Assembly (NCBI RefSeq): GCF_006345805.1
Contig: NC_042998.1
Span: forward strand, 77,376,001 to 77,440,000
Origin: Octopus sinensis
Taxonomy: Eukaryota
Direction: 5' to 3'
DNA length: 64,000 bases
Part shown: piece by piece, positions 24,745 through 39,753 of the stretch
Numbering within the stretch: position 1 is the stretch's first letter
Layout: each line of letters starts with the position of its first letter
Notes under the pieces: model-generated
Databases searched by the model: none
What the model was told of the DNA's origin: nothing
The model's input: the letters and a program-made list of their open reading frames with translations, nothing else
Made by a program: the position numbers and the translations under genes

Positions 24745-25600
24745 GGGGCGTAACGTATTTGAGGACATACGTTTTGGTGGGTCGTTGCTGCATTTGTTGC
24801 TAACTGCGTATAATCTTTGTTTCAGAAAATAATAATAGCAGACCTTCAGCTTAGTCAATAAATGAAAAGCCATGCTGTTATTGTGATTATAAAGGCTGGG
24901 AATAGCGATTCAGAAATATCTCGATTTTTAAAATTTGACAGATCTTTCGTCTACAAACTTTGTAAGGATTAGAGACTGAAGATGGATCGGTATCCCCAGT
25001 ATCAAAGCATAAAAAGCGTTCTAAACGCTCTGAAATCATCAGAAAACTTGAAGTTATCCAGCAAGTTCAACAGACCATTGATAACAATCCCAGAAAGTAC
25101 ATGAGGTCAACTGCGAAAGATCTCCATGTATCAGAGGGAAAAGCCAGAAATGTTGTCCACGAAGATGAGGAAAGGTCAATTTGTCAGAAAAAGCAAAAAA
25201 AAAAAAAAAATAATAATAATAAAATCACTACATCAGATCTAAAATTTTCTTAAACAAGCTTGGAAAGAATATTTTATTATTTCTCAAACGAGAAAAATTT
25301 CAACCAAGTTATCAGAAGAAAAGACAGCTATGTGCGGAAGCGCTGGATAGACAGTGTATGCAATGGAAGGTCATATGTGCTTCACTAAGACTCCGCACTA
25401 TCACACATAGCTCTTGTAACACAGGAATGGATGGTTAAAAGTTTCCATGATCACATAAGCCCTAACATTTGGCCGCCTAATTCCCCAGATCTCAATCCAT
25501 TGGACTATTACACGTGCCGCCTTGCTGAGAGAGAAGTTAATGAGCACCCCCATAATACCAAAGATTCTTTGAAACCTGTCATAGTCAGTGTAATGTTCAA
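24745..25600 (+). mobile_element. Decayed maT/DD37D-like Tc1/mariner transposase
   Basis: HAVIVIIKAGNSDSEISRFLK..RSFVYK (HTH) and PNIWPPNSPDLNPLDYY...EREVN.HPHNTKDSLK. Confidence 0.85.
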
Positions 25601-25612
25601 AATATATATATA

Positions 25613-26070
25613 CAGGGTACGATGGGTAATTTGTCACCTGTTATATGCGTTTAATTTCACGCATGCGCATTGTTTGTTTTTGATTTTGCTGACTACACAG
25701 TATAGTAGGGTCAGTTGGTCACCGTCTGTGAGTAAAACAGCACCAGGACGCAATCCACCCTGCCTGAAATTTGGAAAAGACATACTGTTTTGAATGGCAT
25801 TCGCGTCGGAAGCTCCAATATTAACATTTCAGAGTATCTGGGTGTCAATATGGGGAGAGCACAATCTGAAGACATGTACCAAGAGTTATAAAAATCAAAC
25901 AACCAGTCAACACCATGGTATTTGGAGTGATTACTATTGGAGGCGACATTATGCCTCCATTCATGCTTCCACACGGCCTCAGGTTCTAGACAGAGGCCTG
26001 TATCAAGTTTGGAGGAGGTAGTGCTACCCTGGGTCAAGAAGTTGGCTGCTGAAAGACCATATGTCTGGCG
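25613..26070 (+). mobile_element. Second maT-like transposon (5' TIR and internally deleted transposase) abutting the first
   Basis: Starts TA|CAGGGTACGATGGGTAATTTGTC, matching the TIR at 41716-41738. Peptide pieces NTMVFGVITIGGDIMPPF and LEEVVLPWVKKLAAERPYVW. Confidence 0.75.
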
Positions 26071-26388
26071 ATTGGTTTTTATTTTTATATTCTATTTTTT
26101 ATTATTTTCACAAGTCAGTAGAGAAAGGAGTGGCAGCTAGCCTCTATAAAAACAGATCTACATTCCATTAATATTGATTATTTTGTTAAGTCTCTTTTAA
26201 ATTGTGAACTTAAGTTCCTAAGCATAAGTGGTGTTAATTTTTATCAAAAAAACCTCAAATTAAGTGACTCAGTCCAATGACAGAAAGAATAGAAAAAAGG
26301 GTTTTTGAAACTAAAAAAAAATGGTGGAGAATGTATGATATGTCGTTTTCATTGCTGCGCGTCAGAGTTGTTTTTCCTGATACCTACA

Positions 26389-26558
26389 TAGGCGTACGAA
26401 TGGCTATGTGGTACGTAGCTTGCTTACCAACCACATGGTTCCGGATTCAGTCCCACTGCGTGGCACCTTGGGCAAGAAGTGTCTTCTACTATAGTCTCGG
26501 GCCAATCAAAGCCTTGTGAGTGGATTTGGTGGACGGAAACTGAAAGAAGCCCGCTGTA

Positions 26559-26619
<61 letters not shown>

Positions 26620-26830
26620 GTGTGTGCATATGTTTGTATGTCTGTGTTTGTCCCCCCTATATCGCTTGACAATCGATGCTGATATGTTTACGTCCCCGTA
26701 ACTTAGCGGTTTGGCCAAAGAGACCGATAGAATAAGTACTAGGCTTACAAAGGATAAGTCCTGTGGGACTAAAGGCGGTGCTCCAGCATGGCCACAATCA
26801 ACTGAATGAAACAAGTAAAGGTAAAGAATA
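26389..26830 (+). mobile_element. tRNA-derived SINE (family A), full length, with internal (TA)n
   Basis: Head tggctatgtggta...ggattcagtccc, core gcaccttgggcaag..tgtcttctactatag, tail ggcggtgctccagcatggccac; multiple copies occur in the window. Confidence 0.9.
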
Positions 26831-28944
26831 CACATCCAATCTGATTTCACTCAGTCAAATATAGTTTTTGAGAGATTAAAACATATTTGAATGCAAACTG
26901 TATGGAAAACAGTAAACAGACTAATTTTGCCAAGAAAAATACCAAGAAAAAGATCATAAAACACCAAGTAATCAGCAAATTTTATCTAATTAAATCTAGA
27001 TACAGCTATCCTGTTTTCATTGGAGTCTAAACAAACACAGAAAAATAACCTTGTGTAAGATAAAACAGAGATGTTTATTTAATTTGGTTTAAATAGACTT
27101 ATTTGTTTCCCTTCCGAAATTTTCAGTGAATACTGTTTCTTCATATAAACTTCATACATTTAGTGTTGTACAGCGACCTTATGGCTCGGAATTTCACCAT
27201 CAAATTCATTCTTTCTCATATATACGATAATTTAAAATGTAGTGCATGTTTTCACTCAGATACGTTCACTACTCGTCATTGTTTTTGATTTACTTCTTTA
27301 TTCGTTTACTTTATATGCCATTCATATGTTTTGTTTTTATAACATATTGTTTCATGCATTATTTATTTTTACTTCATTCAGTCATTCATTAATAATTTTT
27401 CTGTTCCATCCATTATTGTCTTTGTCTCAGTCAGTACTTTTCTTCGTGCAATTTTATCTTCTAATATTAATATTAATATTACTTTTCGCATTAATTTTAT
27501 TTGTACATGATAGTTATACTAGTGATACATTAATTACTTCTGTTTAGTCTTGTGGACTTATTTTAGTAATTATATGTAACATAATAATATTGTTTTCACA
27601 TTTTAACACAAGGACAATTTTGGTAGAGAGAATATATACACTTATCCATTTCCCCGAAATTGCTGGCCTGGTGCCAAAATTTGAAACTAATATTAAATTG
27701 GAATTGATGTGTTTTACTTGATGTAAACAGGGAGGAAACAGAAGTAGGACGAAAAGAAAAAGGTGGGGCTGATTACAAAGATGTAACTGGAGAAAGCGAT
27801 AAGAAAATGGAACACGTTGAAAAGTAGCGCCAAAAATGGATCGTCAGCACCACTTGTTTTGTTACTCAATCCTTCTACAATCACGTGTAACGATAACCAT
27901 GGTTAGAAAATGTTTATACTACTAAAACAATCCACACCGCAGCATAGGCCCAATAAAAGCGTTATCACACACTCACACACACACACACTTACAAACACAT
28001 ATAAGATATATATGCATACATGTATATTTATATAGAGACCGTGTATATATTTACGAAAGTACTTCTTTTACTGAATGCATACAATAGAAGAATGTGCAAA
28101 ACAAAATGATAAAACCACAAATGCAAACTGTGATTATCCACTCAGAATTTCTCATTGTTGCTCACAATTTGGTGTTAGGTTTTAGTGTCAACAACGTTCT
28201 CCTCAGTTTATAACGCCACGTTATCTGATATCCCTACAGATATCATAGCTTAAGATGAACTTTGTCTGCTATCTTTCTTTGCTTCATTGCTATATATATT
28301 TTGTGCGCTTTGTCTATATATTGATTCATTGTTTTCAATTTGTCGTTTGCGTAATCATTTTATTGTCCTAATTTTATGTATATCTGAGTTTCGTGATTAC
28401 CATAAATCATATCTTGAACATTAAACTTGGCATCGGTATCACCGTCTTCTCTACCATCTACATCAATTACAATATAATTGGTATTCATAAATCATATCTT
28501 AAACATAATCATTGGCAGCCATATCTCCGTCTTTGTCGTCTATATGAATAGCAGTAAAATTGATATCATTCATTTCCTTTCTCTTTCTCTTGTTGCTCGT
28601 CTGCGAATAAATTTTGCTCCTGCGTTCTCCATATTGTCGTTCCTATAATTCTTTGCGTCAACAGCCATCAGCTGTCACTAACGTGGTATGTAACGACTCT
28701 ATTTAAATCTTTATAGCCTTCTGCTTTACGATGTTTTTGTCTTAAAGAATCATAGTTATTAACAATGCTAATAACGTTTACAATTGCATTCACATGAAAC
28801 TATTCCTCATATTTATTTGTCTTTTGCTACGTTTAGCTGGTATTTTATCCATATACAATCTGAAATGCCGGCATTGGATTTGAGCCCCTAGTAAAAAGAT
28901 CTGTCCTTTTTTGTTAGCATGGATGAAATTTAATGCGGCCTCCT

Positions 28945-29376
28945 CTTTTCTTTTTACTTGTTTCAGTGATTTCACTTCGGCCATGTTGGAGCACTGCCTT
29001 AAAGCATGTTAGCCGAAGAAATCGACCCCAGCCCTTATTCTTAGTAAGGCAAGTACTTATTCCATCGGTCTATTTTGTTGAACAGCTATGTTACGAGGAC
29101 GTAAATACACCGGTATCGGTTGCCAAGCGATGGTGGTGAACATAGACATACACAGGCATAAATACACACACATACACACAGACATACACACACACACACA
29201 TATATATATATATGACGGGCTTCGTCAGTTTCCGTCAACCAAAGCCACTCACAAGGCTCTGACCGGCCCGAGGCTATAGTGGAAGACACTTGCCCAAGTT
29301 GTCATGTAGTGGGACTGAAGCCGGAACCTTATGGCTGGGAAGCAAACGTCTTACCACACAGCCACGCCGGCACCTA
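28945..29376 (-). mobile_element. tRNA-derived SINE (family A)
   Basis: Reverse complement of the same consensus. Confidence 0.88.
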
Positions 29377-29529
29377 CGATTATGAATATTTGGAATAATA
29401 GGTAAAATGCTAGATTATTTTTACATAGTGTGAATAAATGGGTTATCGCCATAGCATATATATGACAAAAGTAAACTCGTTCTAGTAACATTCTTTGAAG
29501 TTTGAAAGGGTGTTTTTTGCTATACATTA

Positions 29530-29571
29530 ATACATACATACATACATAGACAGATAGACAGGTAGGTAGGC

Positions 29572-29649
<78 letters not shown>

Positions 29650-29661
29650 GCAGATAGATAG
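29530..29661. repeat. (TACA)n/(GATA)n microsatellite
   Basis: Directly visible. Confidence 0.95.
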
Positions 29662-30061
29662 AATGAGAGCGCATATCACGAAATGTGCACCTGACTAAAG
29701 ACGTAAAAATAGGCGGAAAAACGTTTTTGATGCTATATAAAAATTTCTCAAATATTTCTCCATTATTCATGTCCTTTCTTATTTTAGTAATCAGAGGAAA
29801 ATATACTAATATTGACGAAGTTGTCAAAGTGAGCAACGCAAAGAACTATATTTCAATTTATAACTGTACTTACTCTTTTGTTTTCTCTTAGGTGTATTGA
29901 GTTTGAAGAAAAAAGAAAAGAATTTTTCAATTAGCTGAAACATCGCTGCTTTAATAAAGGATAGAGTTATGTCGGTACCGGTAGTGTAGGTATAGTATAT
30001 AACATCACCGTGAATTAACAGACCATTATGTTAAGGGAGTGTCTCCATATATTTACATTGC

Positions 30062-30678
30062 ACGGAATGTCTTGTTTTATGAGATTCAACAGCACGCAAA
30101 TCCTTCGTTTCAATGGCTTCTGTGCGTGAATGAGACTTTGAACTGGTTGATCATCATACCTATTCTCTGATTTGGTCCCATTTGTTCCCCAACATGAAAA
30201 AAACCCCACTTGACTGGAACCCAATATCACGGTTATTATGATGTCATATGTGCTGTTGTTGACTGTTTTTACAACAGGATGAAAGCTTCCCCCCTAATGG
30301 GTTCCAAGTACTGCAACACCGATGTAAGATGCTTTTTGTTTTTGTTTTGTTTTTGTTTTTCCAGTTTCAGCTCTTGAGCTGTGGCCATGCTGGGGCACCG
30401 CCATTGTGGTGAAAGAGTACAGCAGGGATCACCACCCCCTGCCGGAGCCTCGTAGAGCTTTTAGGTGTTTTCGCTCAATAAACACACACAACGCCCGGTC
30501 TGAGAATCGAAACCGCGATCCTGCGACCGCGAGTCCGCTGCCCTAACCACTAGGCCATTGCGCCTCTACAAGGTGTGTGTGGACTGTATGGGGAGCCATA
30601 CTGAAAAATAACACTCATTTGGTCATATTCCATGAGAATGTTTTGCTCATCCTATGAAATCTTTGGGTTACCTTCGTA
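30062..30678 (+). mobile_element. mariner 3' fragment and TIR, interrupted by a SINE; inverted duplicate of 32643-32997
   Basis: Degenerate ...FELVDHH.YS.DL.P..LFPNMKK...G.Q.LQHR...CVD..G...EK, then TIR cctatgaaatctttgggttaccttcgTA. Confidence 0.85.
30333..30566 (-). mobile_element. tRNA-derived SINE (family C, short form) with LINE-derived tail
   Basis: The head matches 23885-24040; the tail aatggcggtgccccagcatggccacagctc..gagctgaaact matches the LINE 3' end at 50842-50885; (AAAAC)n tail. Confidence 0.9.
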
Positions 30679-32642
30679 CACTTATTTAATTTAGTATTTA
30701 ACAGTAATCATCAGCACTATTTTTTAAAATGTGGATTATATTTTACTATGTTATTTTTACTATGTTGTTTAATGGGGCTATTCCACAGCTTTCTATCTTC
30801 ATGAAAGGAACTATGAAAGTTGTGTTATATTTCAGTAAAGTATAACATTATTTAAAATGCGCTTAAAAACTACAAAAATATTTCATGAATGTCATGAATG
30901 GCGCTGATTTAACAAATAATAAGAAATTTTACGAATTACTCATGTCTGCTAAGTCAGAAGATTACGTCAAGAATGACTTTTAGGATTGTTTTTAATATGA
31001 GAATTTTTTAATGTAATCTTCAAAACTATTTTGGAAATGCAAAAGATAAAATTAATCTTCGAGAATATAAACAGAATGATGAATTTTGAAAGTTTAAAAA
31101 TGAAAGTAAGAAGAAAATGAAAATATACGATTTATATAAAGGCTTTGTTTGCCTAGACAATGTAATCGCTATTTTCAACACTGATGTTAATACCCACGTC
31201 AAGAGATTTCATTAAGCTTTGTATGAAGAGCTAACTAAAATTAAATGCTTTCAGCTTAGTGTTATGAAGGTGTAAATGAGTACTGAAAATCGTTTAGGTA
31301 ATTAAATCAATCAACGTGTATTTATCGCAAATTAGCTTGTTGTTAGAAACGGTAAATCATAAGATTAAATGCTTATGGTATTAAATTCTTCTCCTTCTGA
31401 GTTGAAAGCCCGCAACTTCTGACTTTGTCCTTTATTCTTTCGGGATCTATGAAATTATTGCATTTGTAGTTACTCACATTTCAGAGATTTTAAGCTGATC
31501 ATTATAAATCAACCAGAAATCAACAAGAGATTTAAATGTTAATTTACATGAGGTACACTCTCATGATGTCCATAGTCCCTATGTGTGTTAGTAAATATGT
31601 GCGTGAGTGTTGGCTGCTTCTTGTGCCTTTTAGTAATTCCAGCTAATTTCTATTCCTACATCCCTATGACAATCTGTTTTGTTTTGTGAAGTTAAGACTT
31701 CACTGTTCAATGCTACTTTCCTTCCATAAAAAACTGCAAAGTACTATATTCAACTGCTAAATATATTACCTGACTGATCTTTCTAGCAGTTCAACGGTCA
31801 GGAAAAGGTTATCTTGCTTCTCATTATCCACTTTTCGATATGAATAAAATACATATTCGTTATGAGTAAAATAATATGACCTAAAGTTTTTCGAGAGTTA
31901 TTTGTTAATAATTTAATATCGAAATTTGGCATTTTATGACAAGTAATTGAAATTGATATTAAATATTTCCAATAATCAAACATATGCTGCGAATATTATG
32001 TCCATGTTATAAATTATATTGCGATTAAATTTATTTAATAGAGCATTATAAGTATGAAATGTGTTTCAGATTGCAGATGAATGTAATTTGTTAATAAACG
32101 AACTTGTGATTTTCCTGTAGTAAACTCGACTAGTCCCATATATAATGTGATTCTGTGTTTGAAGTACTTTTCCTAAAATTCGATAACTTCAAGAATATCA
32201 ACGTCCACTCATTTGAGTCAATTTGATTTATGTATTAATTCTTTCCTTTTGTAACATGGTAAATGGCGATATAAGCGGCATCTGGTTACTATTTATGTAT
32301 ATCGAATGATCAGGAAGATATTCCAATACTATAGAACCTTTGTAAGTTTTTTTTTATTACTTTTGTATGTACCTTTGTGTTTCTTATTTCTATCGTTGTC
32401 ACTCTCAATATTACGGATAGTATTTCCAGTTATTTTAATCTTTATCATTTTTTCCATTCTTTTCCAGAATTTATAAAATGCATACATACACTCTCAGGGT
32501 CTCTCGAATTAAAATCTATTTTCTTTAAGATACTTACAATGAAATATATTTGGAGTTTGCTATTTCATTTATTGCTTTTGTTTGTCTTGAGTAAAAACAA
32601 ATAGTGCTGGTGGTTACTGCTAAATATTGAATTAAATTAGTG

Positions 32643-33843
32643 TATGAAGGAAAGCTAAAGATTTCATCGGAAGAGCAAGACATTCTCCTGGAATATGACT
32701 AAATGAGATTTAATTTTCAGTATAGAACCCCATACAGTCCACACTCATCTTCCATAGGTATTGCAGTACTTGGAACCCATTGGTGAGAACACCTTCATCC
32801 TGTTGTAAAAACAGTCAGCCACAGCACATATGACGTCATAATAACTGTGAAGTGTTTTTGCATCTTAGGGAACAAATGGGACCAAATCAGAGAATAGGTA
32901 TGATGATCAACGAGTTCAAAGTCACATTCACACACCGAAGCCATTGAAACGAAGGACTTGTGTGCCGTGTAATCTCATGAAACAAGACACTCCGTCAGTT
33001 GTCTCAGGCGTTTGCTCTTGATAGCATTTCGTAAATGGCTCAGCAATTGCGCTTATTTACCTCCATTGATGGTGTGACCCTTTTCAAGATAGTCAATAAA
33101 CAAAATGGCATTTGCGCCTACCAAAAATATGGCTATCACCTCACCTCCTCTGCAGGAACGACCTTGGCCTTCTTTGGAGCAAGTGAGGAAGGGTGATCCT
33201 ACTACATCGATTATCTCTTTAATTATGGCTCACAGTGATGGATAAGATATACATCCAGGCTTAGGAAATGTTCAAGGAAATCAGCTGTGCCTGCATCAAA
33301 CTATGTCATAGTTTTCCGGGATGTAATTGAACGTGTGTGCTTTTGATGGAAGACGTGGTCCCCAACCGAGAAGAATCGTTTGTTATGCCAACTTCATTGT
33401 GAAGTATATTCTCAACTGTCAGGGTATATGCTAATAACATTGGCCATTTGTTTTATAGTCAATCACCTGTCATCTATCACCATGTGGTGAACACGAACAA
33501 TATGGTGGGAGTTGAACGACGTCCAGACATTTTATTCTTAAGATTGTCCCTTCTCTTCTAGATTCAGCTGCCCAGTTTTACGTTATTAATAAAACTGTAG
33601 CTTCATCCCCTTTATCTGCTGCTACTTGATAATACCATGGTGCCAAATTGTTTACATTTTCAAGAGAGGTCACTAACAGTTACATTTGAAATTTTATTTG
33701 AATAGTCAGATGTCAGTTTAACTGGAAAGAAAGAATGCAGTTATTAATTAGAAGGATTGAAATTAAAGCATGCAACATTTCACCGCTTTATCATCATTCT
33801 CTCATAATCAACCTTCCTATGAAGTTTTCAGGCCATCCTCGTA
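32643..33843 (-). mobile_element. Decayed near-full-length mariner transposon with both TIRs
   Basis: Minus-strand pieces HPSSLAPKKAKVVP, ILFIDYLEKGHTING, LRNAIKSKR, HKSFVSMA, FELVDH. TA-flanked TIRs at 32643-32670 and 33815-33843. Confidence 0.85.
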
Positions 33844-34948
33844 TAATATAGCTACAGTATTTTTTATCCCGGTTAAGATTACAAAAGCTAATTTCGAAGG
33901 GTTGTGTCACATATTTGTGATCAGTTAGATACCGGATTTTATCTGTTAATTGTATAGCTAGGAAGACACGAGAACAAAAACAAGAATAGCAAAATAACCT
34001 GAAACTGAAAATCATAAAGAACACTCTAACGTTTTAATATCATGCCTCTTCTCTCGAACATATCTATAGGAAATATGGATAGATTTCCAATAAAATACTA
34101 TTCCACCATGAAAACCAATTAATGAAGCAGTAAAATTGTCAAAGGTTGACTAATAAATATACTAAAATTAAATCGATGAAGTAACTCTATGCCAAAAATG
34201 CAAGCAGAGTTTCACTAACTATAGTCAAATGTTATACGAATATCATAAGAAAACTGGACTCAGAGACTGAGATTGAATATTCATTGCTATAGAACAGAAT
34301 CGTACACTGAAATAAATAAGTTTTAAAAAATTCCTTGAGACGAATCTATAGAATATCTACTATATAGATTGCGTACATGAAAATGACTATAACAGGCGGA
34401 AGACAGTATGTGGAACATATAAGTTACATACGTGAGTGTGCGTGAGTGTGCGTGTGGATTTTTGTGTATATACAGCTCCGTAAAGATAAGATCAACAAAA
34501 AAAACACACTCCATCCAGTAAGAGATAAATATCATTTAATGTATACAGCATAAGGATACGAGCTACTATTATGAAGACATGTGTCTAGACAGGTTTTTAT
34601 AAGACACGTTGTATCACCGAGCAACCAACGGTCTATGAGTACATTATCTATTATGTTTTAATATCAGGACGTTGGTACAAGACAAATCAGGCGAAAAAAA
34701 CCCTAGAAGGCGAACGCAAAAAGGCGAAGTGTGAATAAAAGCAAAAGGCTAAGCAAAGAAAAGAAAGAAAAAAGTCGATTTAAGTCTCTTAGCCTACCTG
34801 AAATATCATATCTTCTTTTTAGATTGAAGAATTTCACAGCACTACTTAATTCCAGATCCGAAATTTACTGAAAATGCAAGCACATGGACAAATTCCTTGT
34901 GGTAAAATAGAGGACACCACCCTCTCCGAATTGAGCAACTGCCTCGCA

Positions 34949-34988
<40 letters not shown>

Positions 34989-35349
34989 TATAATGGAATG
35001 AGGTAGATTAAATTTGTGATTGGGTATCGATGAAACCAAACAGATTAATGAAGCTAGAATAAAAAATTAAAATTCCAAGTAGAATACATCCAACAAATTG
35101 CCCCCAGGATATATTTTTGAGCAAACTCATCTTGAAAGATGATATACAATAGTGCTATTGTCGCGCTACTAATTCAATGTGGTAAGCTGGAATGTACGAG
35201 AGACGTACAGGGAAATTATTATTACGAAATTTTAGCATTCATACACCTTAGTTGTAATGGAAAATATGACTTGTAAAGCTCTAGGTAACATGTATAACTG
35301 TAACATTATTAGTAGTAGTTATTGCTGCCAAGAGATAGATCTATACTCC

Positions 35350-35570
35350 GAGTCAACGGTTAGGCGTCAGCTAGTGAGCTGTTACAGCGGGGCTGCTTTA
35401 TCATCAACCATACTCGTTGCGCTCTTATATACCACTTGGTACTTGACATGGAAACCCAGAGAAGTTTGGTGAGAGGACGATGCCCACTGCTTTAACCATC
35501 GTGCAAAACCCTTTTGTTTAGAGAGGTCTGGACCGAACGTCTACCTACCACAGACAGATGACGACGAAGT
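35350..35570 (+). mobile_element. Possible RTE-like LINE 3' remnant
   Basis: Weak peptide LTWKPREVW*RGRCP resembling the W.P...R.RGRP C-terminal motif, followed by a trinucleotide tail. Confidence 0.35.
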
Positions 35571-35572
35571 AA

Positions 35573-35645
35573 GAGCAGCAGCTGTAGCAGCAGCAGCAGT
35601 AGCAGCAGTAGTAGTAGTAGTAGTAGCAGTAGCAGCAGCAGTAGC

Positions 35646-35680
<35 letters not shown>

Positions 35681-35878
35681 CAGTAGCAGCATCAGCAGCA
35701 GTAGTAGTAGTAGTAGTTGTAATAGCAGGAGCAGCAGTAGTAGTAGTAGTAGTAGTAGTTGTAATAGCAGCAGCAGCACTAGTAGTAGTAATAGTAGTAG
35801 TAGTAATAGTAGTAGTGGTAGTAGTAGTAGTAGTAGTGGTAGTAGTAGTATGAGAAGGAGTAGCATTAGAAGCAGCAA
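35573..35878. repeat. (AGT/AGC)n trinucleotide microsatellite
   Basis: Directly visible; it explains the poly-Leu ORF. Confidence 0.95.
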
Positions 35879-35919
35879 CTTTACAAGGATCAGAACATTG
35901 ACAATATTAATATGTGAGC

Positions 35920-36137
35920 AAGGCGTCAAGCCTGCAGAGAAGTTAGCACGCCGGGCGAAATGCTTTGCGGTATTTCGTCTATCTTAACATTCTGAATTCA
36001 AAATCCGCCGTGATAGACTATGTCTTCCATCCTTTCGGGGTCGATAAATTAAGTACCAGTTGCGTACTGGAGTCGATCAAATCGACTGGCGCTCTCCAAA
36101 ATTTCGGGCCTTGTGCCTAGAGTAGAAAAGAATATTA
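35920..36137 (+). mobile_element. SINE (family B)
   Basis: gttagcacgccgggcgaaatgct...ttctga.ttcaaa.tccgccg...catcctttcggggtcgataaattaagtaccagttg; related copies at 22365 and 42810. Confidence 0.85.
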
Positions 36138-36646
36138 TGCAGGTACAGAGACGATGAGAGAGCTAATAGAGACATACTTATAGGATAAATTTAATCCCCC
36201 CGCGGATAGAGGGGGATGAAAGCTTTCTAATAATATGTAACATAGGGGAGAGTACATAAAACTTTTGTCAATGAAAGCATCATACAACATCAAAACCTCT
36301 CCAGATCATTTAATAAAAAGGTTCGTGAGCATATAAAATACAAATAAAATCTACCGCGCGCAAATACAGTACAATATATTGAAATCAGTCAGGTTAAGAG
36401 CTTTTGGTGTTTGTGAATTAAGCATTACACGAAACAGAAACCCACCTATCAATGATGTAAAATAGCTTAGGAAAACAGGGAAGTTTTCTATGAAAAGTAT
36501 ATCTATAAAACAAGACTTAAGGAAAAAGGAAGACGAACAATCATTTCGACAAATGTACATTCACATACAGAGATACATGCATACGTATCAATATACATAC
36601 ACACGTATATGTATATATATATACACACACATACACACACACACAC

Positions 36647-36679
<33 letters not shown>

Positions 36680-36800
36680 TATATATATATATATATATAC
36701 ATACAAACATATATATATAAATATATATATATGTACATCTTAATACATATACGCTTGGTAGATGTCTGTATGATACATACATATGTATATATTCATACAT

Positions 36801-36852
<52 letters not shown>

Positions 36853-37616
36853 GCATATAAATATACGTATATAATTTATGTATATATACATATATTAAAT
36901 TATATATACACACGGTGAGACAGGGAGAAGAGTGGAGATGAGGTTTCGATCATTGACTCACCAAAAAAGATGCTATTGTGAGGAAAAATGCTCGAAGCAA
37001 TCGTCATAGCTGGTTGGTTGGGACACAGAGAGTGCTGTTTAAGAAACACATAAAAACACGTAAACCCCGTATAAAACATTCACTTGCACACATATTTATA
37101 TATATGCCGAAACCTATATATGCTGATGCACACATGCATACGGATGTTTGTCTGTTAGTATGTTTATTGCGACTATGTTACAAATTGTTATTTTGACGAT
37201 GATAATGATAATAATGATGATGAGTATTATTATTCGTGTTGTATTTGTTATTCTTGTTATTATTATAATGATCATTATTTCATTATTCTTGTTGATAAGT
37301 TCATAATTTATTATTTAATTATGGTGTAAACTCCTAATCTATATGACAAAATATTATATTATGTTACTTGGAATACATGTGCAAAACTCGTCCAGAATGG
37401 AAAGTAAGATTTCTTCATTGGAGTATCCAATCGGAAAAGGACGCTTATTTTCCCAAATTGACATGATCTATTTTTAAGGGAAAACAAAATGCCAGTCTTC
37501 AAAACTTCCAGTCGTAATCGAGTGCTGTGTCTGACATGTGGTTACGAAGCTCATGAAACACAGAGTTATTGGAATTGAAAACTAGCAAAGCGTGAATAAT
37601 TATAAAAATGCTGAAA

Positions 37617-38006
37617 TAGGCGCAAGAATGCCTTTGTGGTAAGAAGCTTGCTTCCCAACTACATGGTTCCAGGTTCACTCTCACTGCATGGCACCTTAGA
37701 CAAGTGTCTTCCACTATAGCTTCGGATCAACCAAAGCCTTGTGCGTGGATTTGATAGACAGAAACTGAAAGACGCCCGTCGTATGTGTTTATATATGTAT
37801 GTAGTTGTGAGTCTGTGTTTGTTCCGCCACCTTCACCTGATAACTGATGATGATGTGTTTACGCCCCAGTAACTTAGCAGTTCGGCAAAAAGAGACCGAT
37901 AGAATAAAATCTACACTCGTGTCGATTCGTTCGCATAAAGGTGGTGCTCTAGCATGACCGCAGTCAAATGACTGAAACAAGGAAAAGACTGAAAGAATAA
38001 AAGAAT
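37617..38006 (+). mobile_element. tRNA-derived SINE (family A)
   Basis: Aligns end to end with 26389-26830. Confidence 0.88.
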
Positions 38007-39153
38007 ACACTATGATATTGAGAACTCATTAAAATGTATGGAAATAACCATTAATATGAACATGTTTGAATATTCAATGTATAAGGACAGTGTATCAGTG
38101 CAAGTACCTCATCCTGAAAGGTAAATGCCAAAACTCATCCATGATAGCTTAATATGTAATGTACAAGAAATGCTGGAAGTTATTATTGATGCGTCTAGCA
38201 CACTTAAAGAGCCGACAATATTAACAAATTTTGCGACATTGATTAAAATAAATAGTGAGTCATGAGAGAGTCAGATCCATGCAAGATATATTGGCGAAAA
38301 GGTAAAATTAACCTTTGTCGATTATTGATAATATTTAGTATTATGGGTGGGAAAAGATAAGGACTACTTTAAAATTAGCGATAGTATAATGAAAGTAGGG
38401 ATTATAAACTGAAGATCTTACCGAGATTATTATCATTAGCATCCCGACAGGATAAAAATGATTGAAGTAAATAACCAATGTTTAATTTGTCGATTAAGTA
38501 CTTTCCGCAAGATTTTCGTGTAACTCCAGCTACATTCATTAAAATGCTGCTCTTCACAACCGCAAGCAAGATGGAGACACATGATAACGGCAATTTAGGA
38601 TACATATTTGATAATGAATTAAGAATTTATGAACATACAATATCTCCATTAATTGAACCCTTGTTTGAGCTGATTACGTTTAAAAGAAAGTCTGATATTG
38701 AATAGCGTGATTGCTTTATATTCAGAATGTTGGTTAGCTTTACCATGTGAGATGTAATATGTGAAGGAAACGGAAGGAATGTGTATCAGTGTACTCCAGG
38801 AAGAAGAGTTCTATGAGTTTGGAAATCTCCACTGTAAGAAGTGAGGATATAAGGGGTTTCAACAAAACTTAAGATGGAGTATTAAATTACAACTTTGATA
38901 TACAAAGCACGTGGCATAATTATATATTATATGATCACCCGTGAATAGGAAAAAAGGCGAGAATTATCATAAGACATAAATAGGCCAAAGAAGAAAAAAC
39001 ATAAATATTCCTAGTTGGGGCTCGTAAGAAATATGCATGAAATAACTATACGTTTGCACATACGTACCTATAGATCCATGCATCCATCCATCCATCCATC
39101 CATCAATACGCACATACCCACATACATACAAACATATACGTATATACATATAC

Positions 39154-39753
<600 letters not shown>

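Noticed and set aside
28400-28540. ~85-bp diverged duplication with a short minus-strand ORF
   Set aside because: Two short copies only, no recognisable peptide or splice context.
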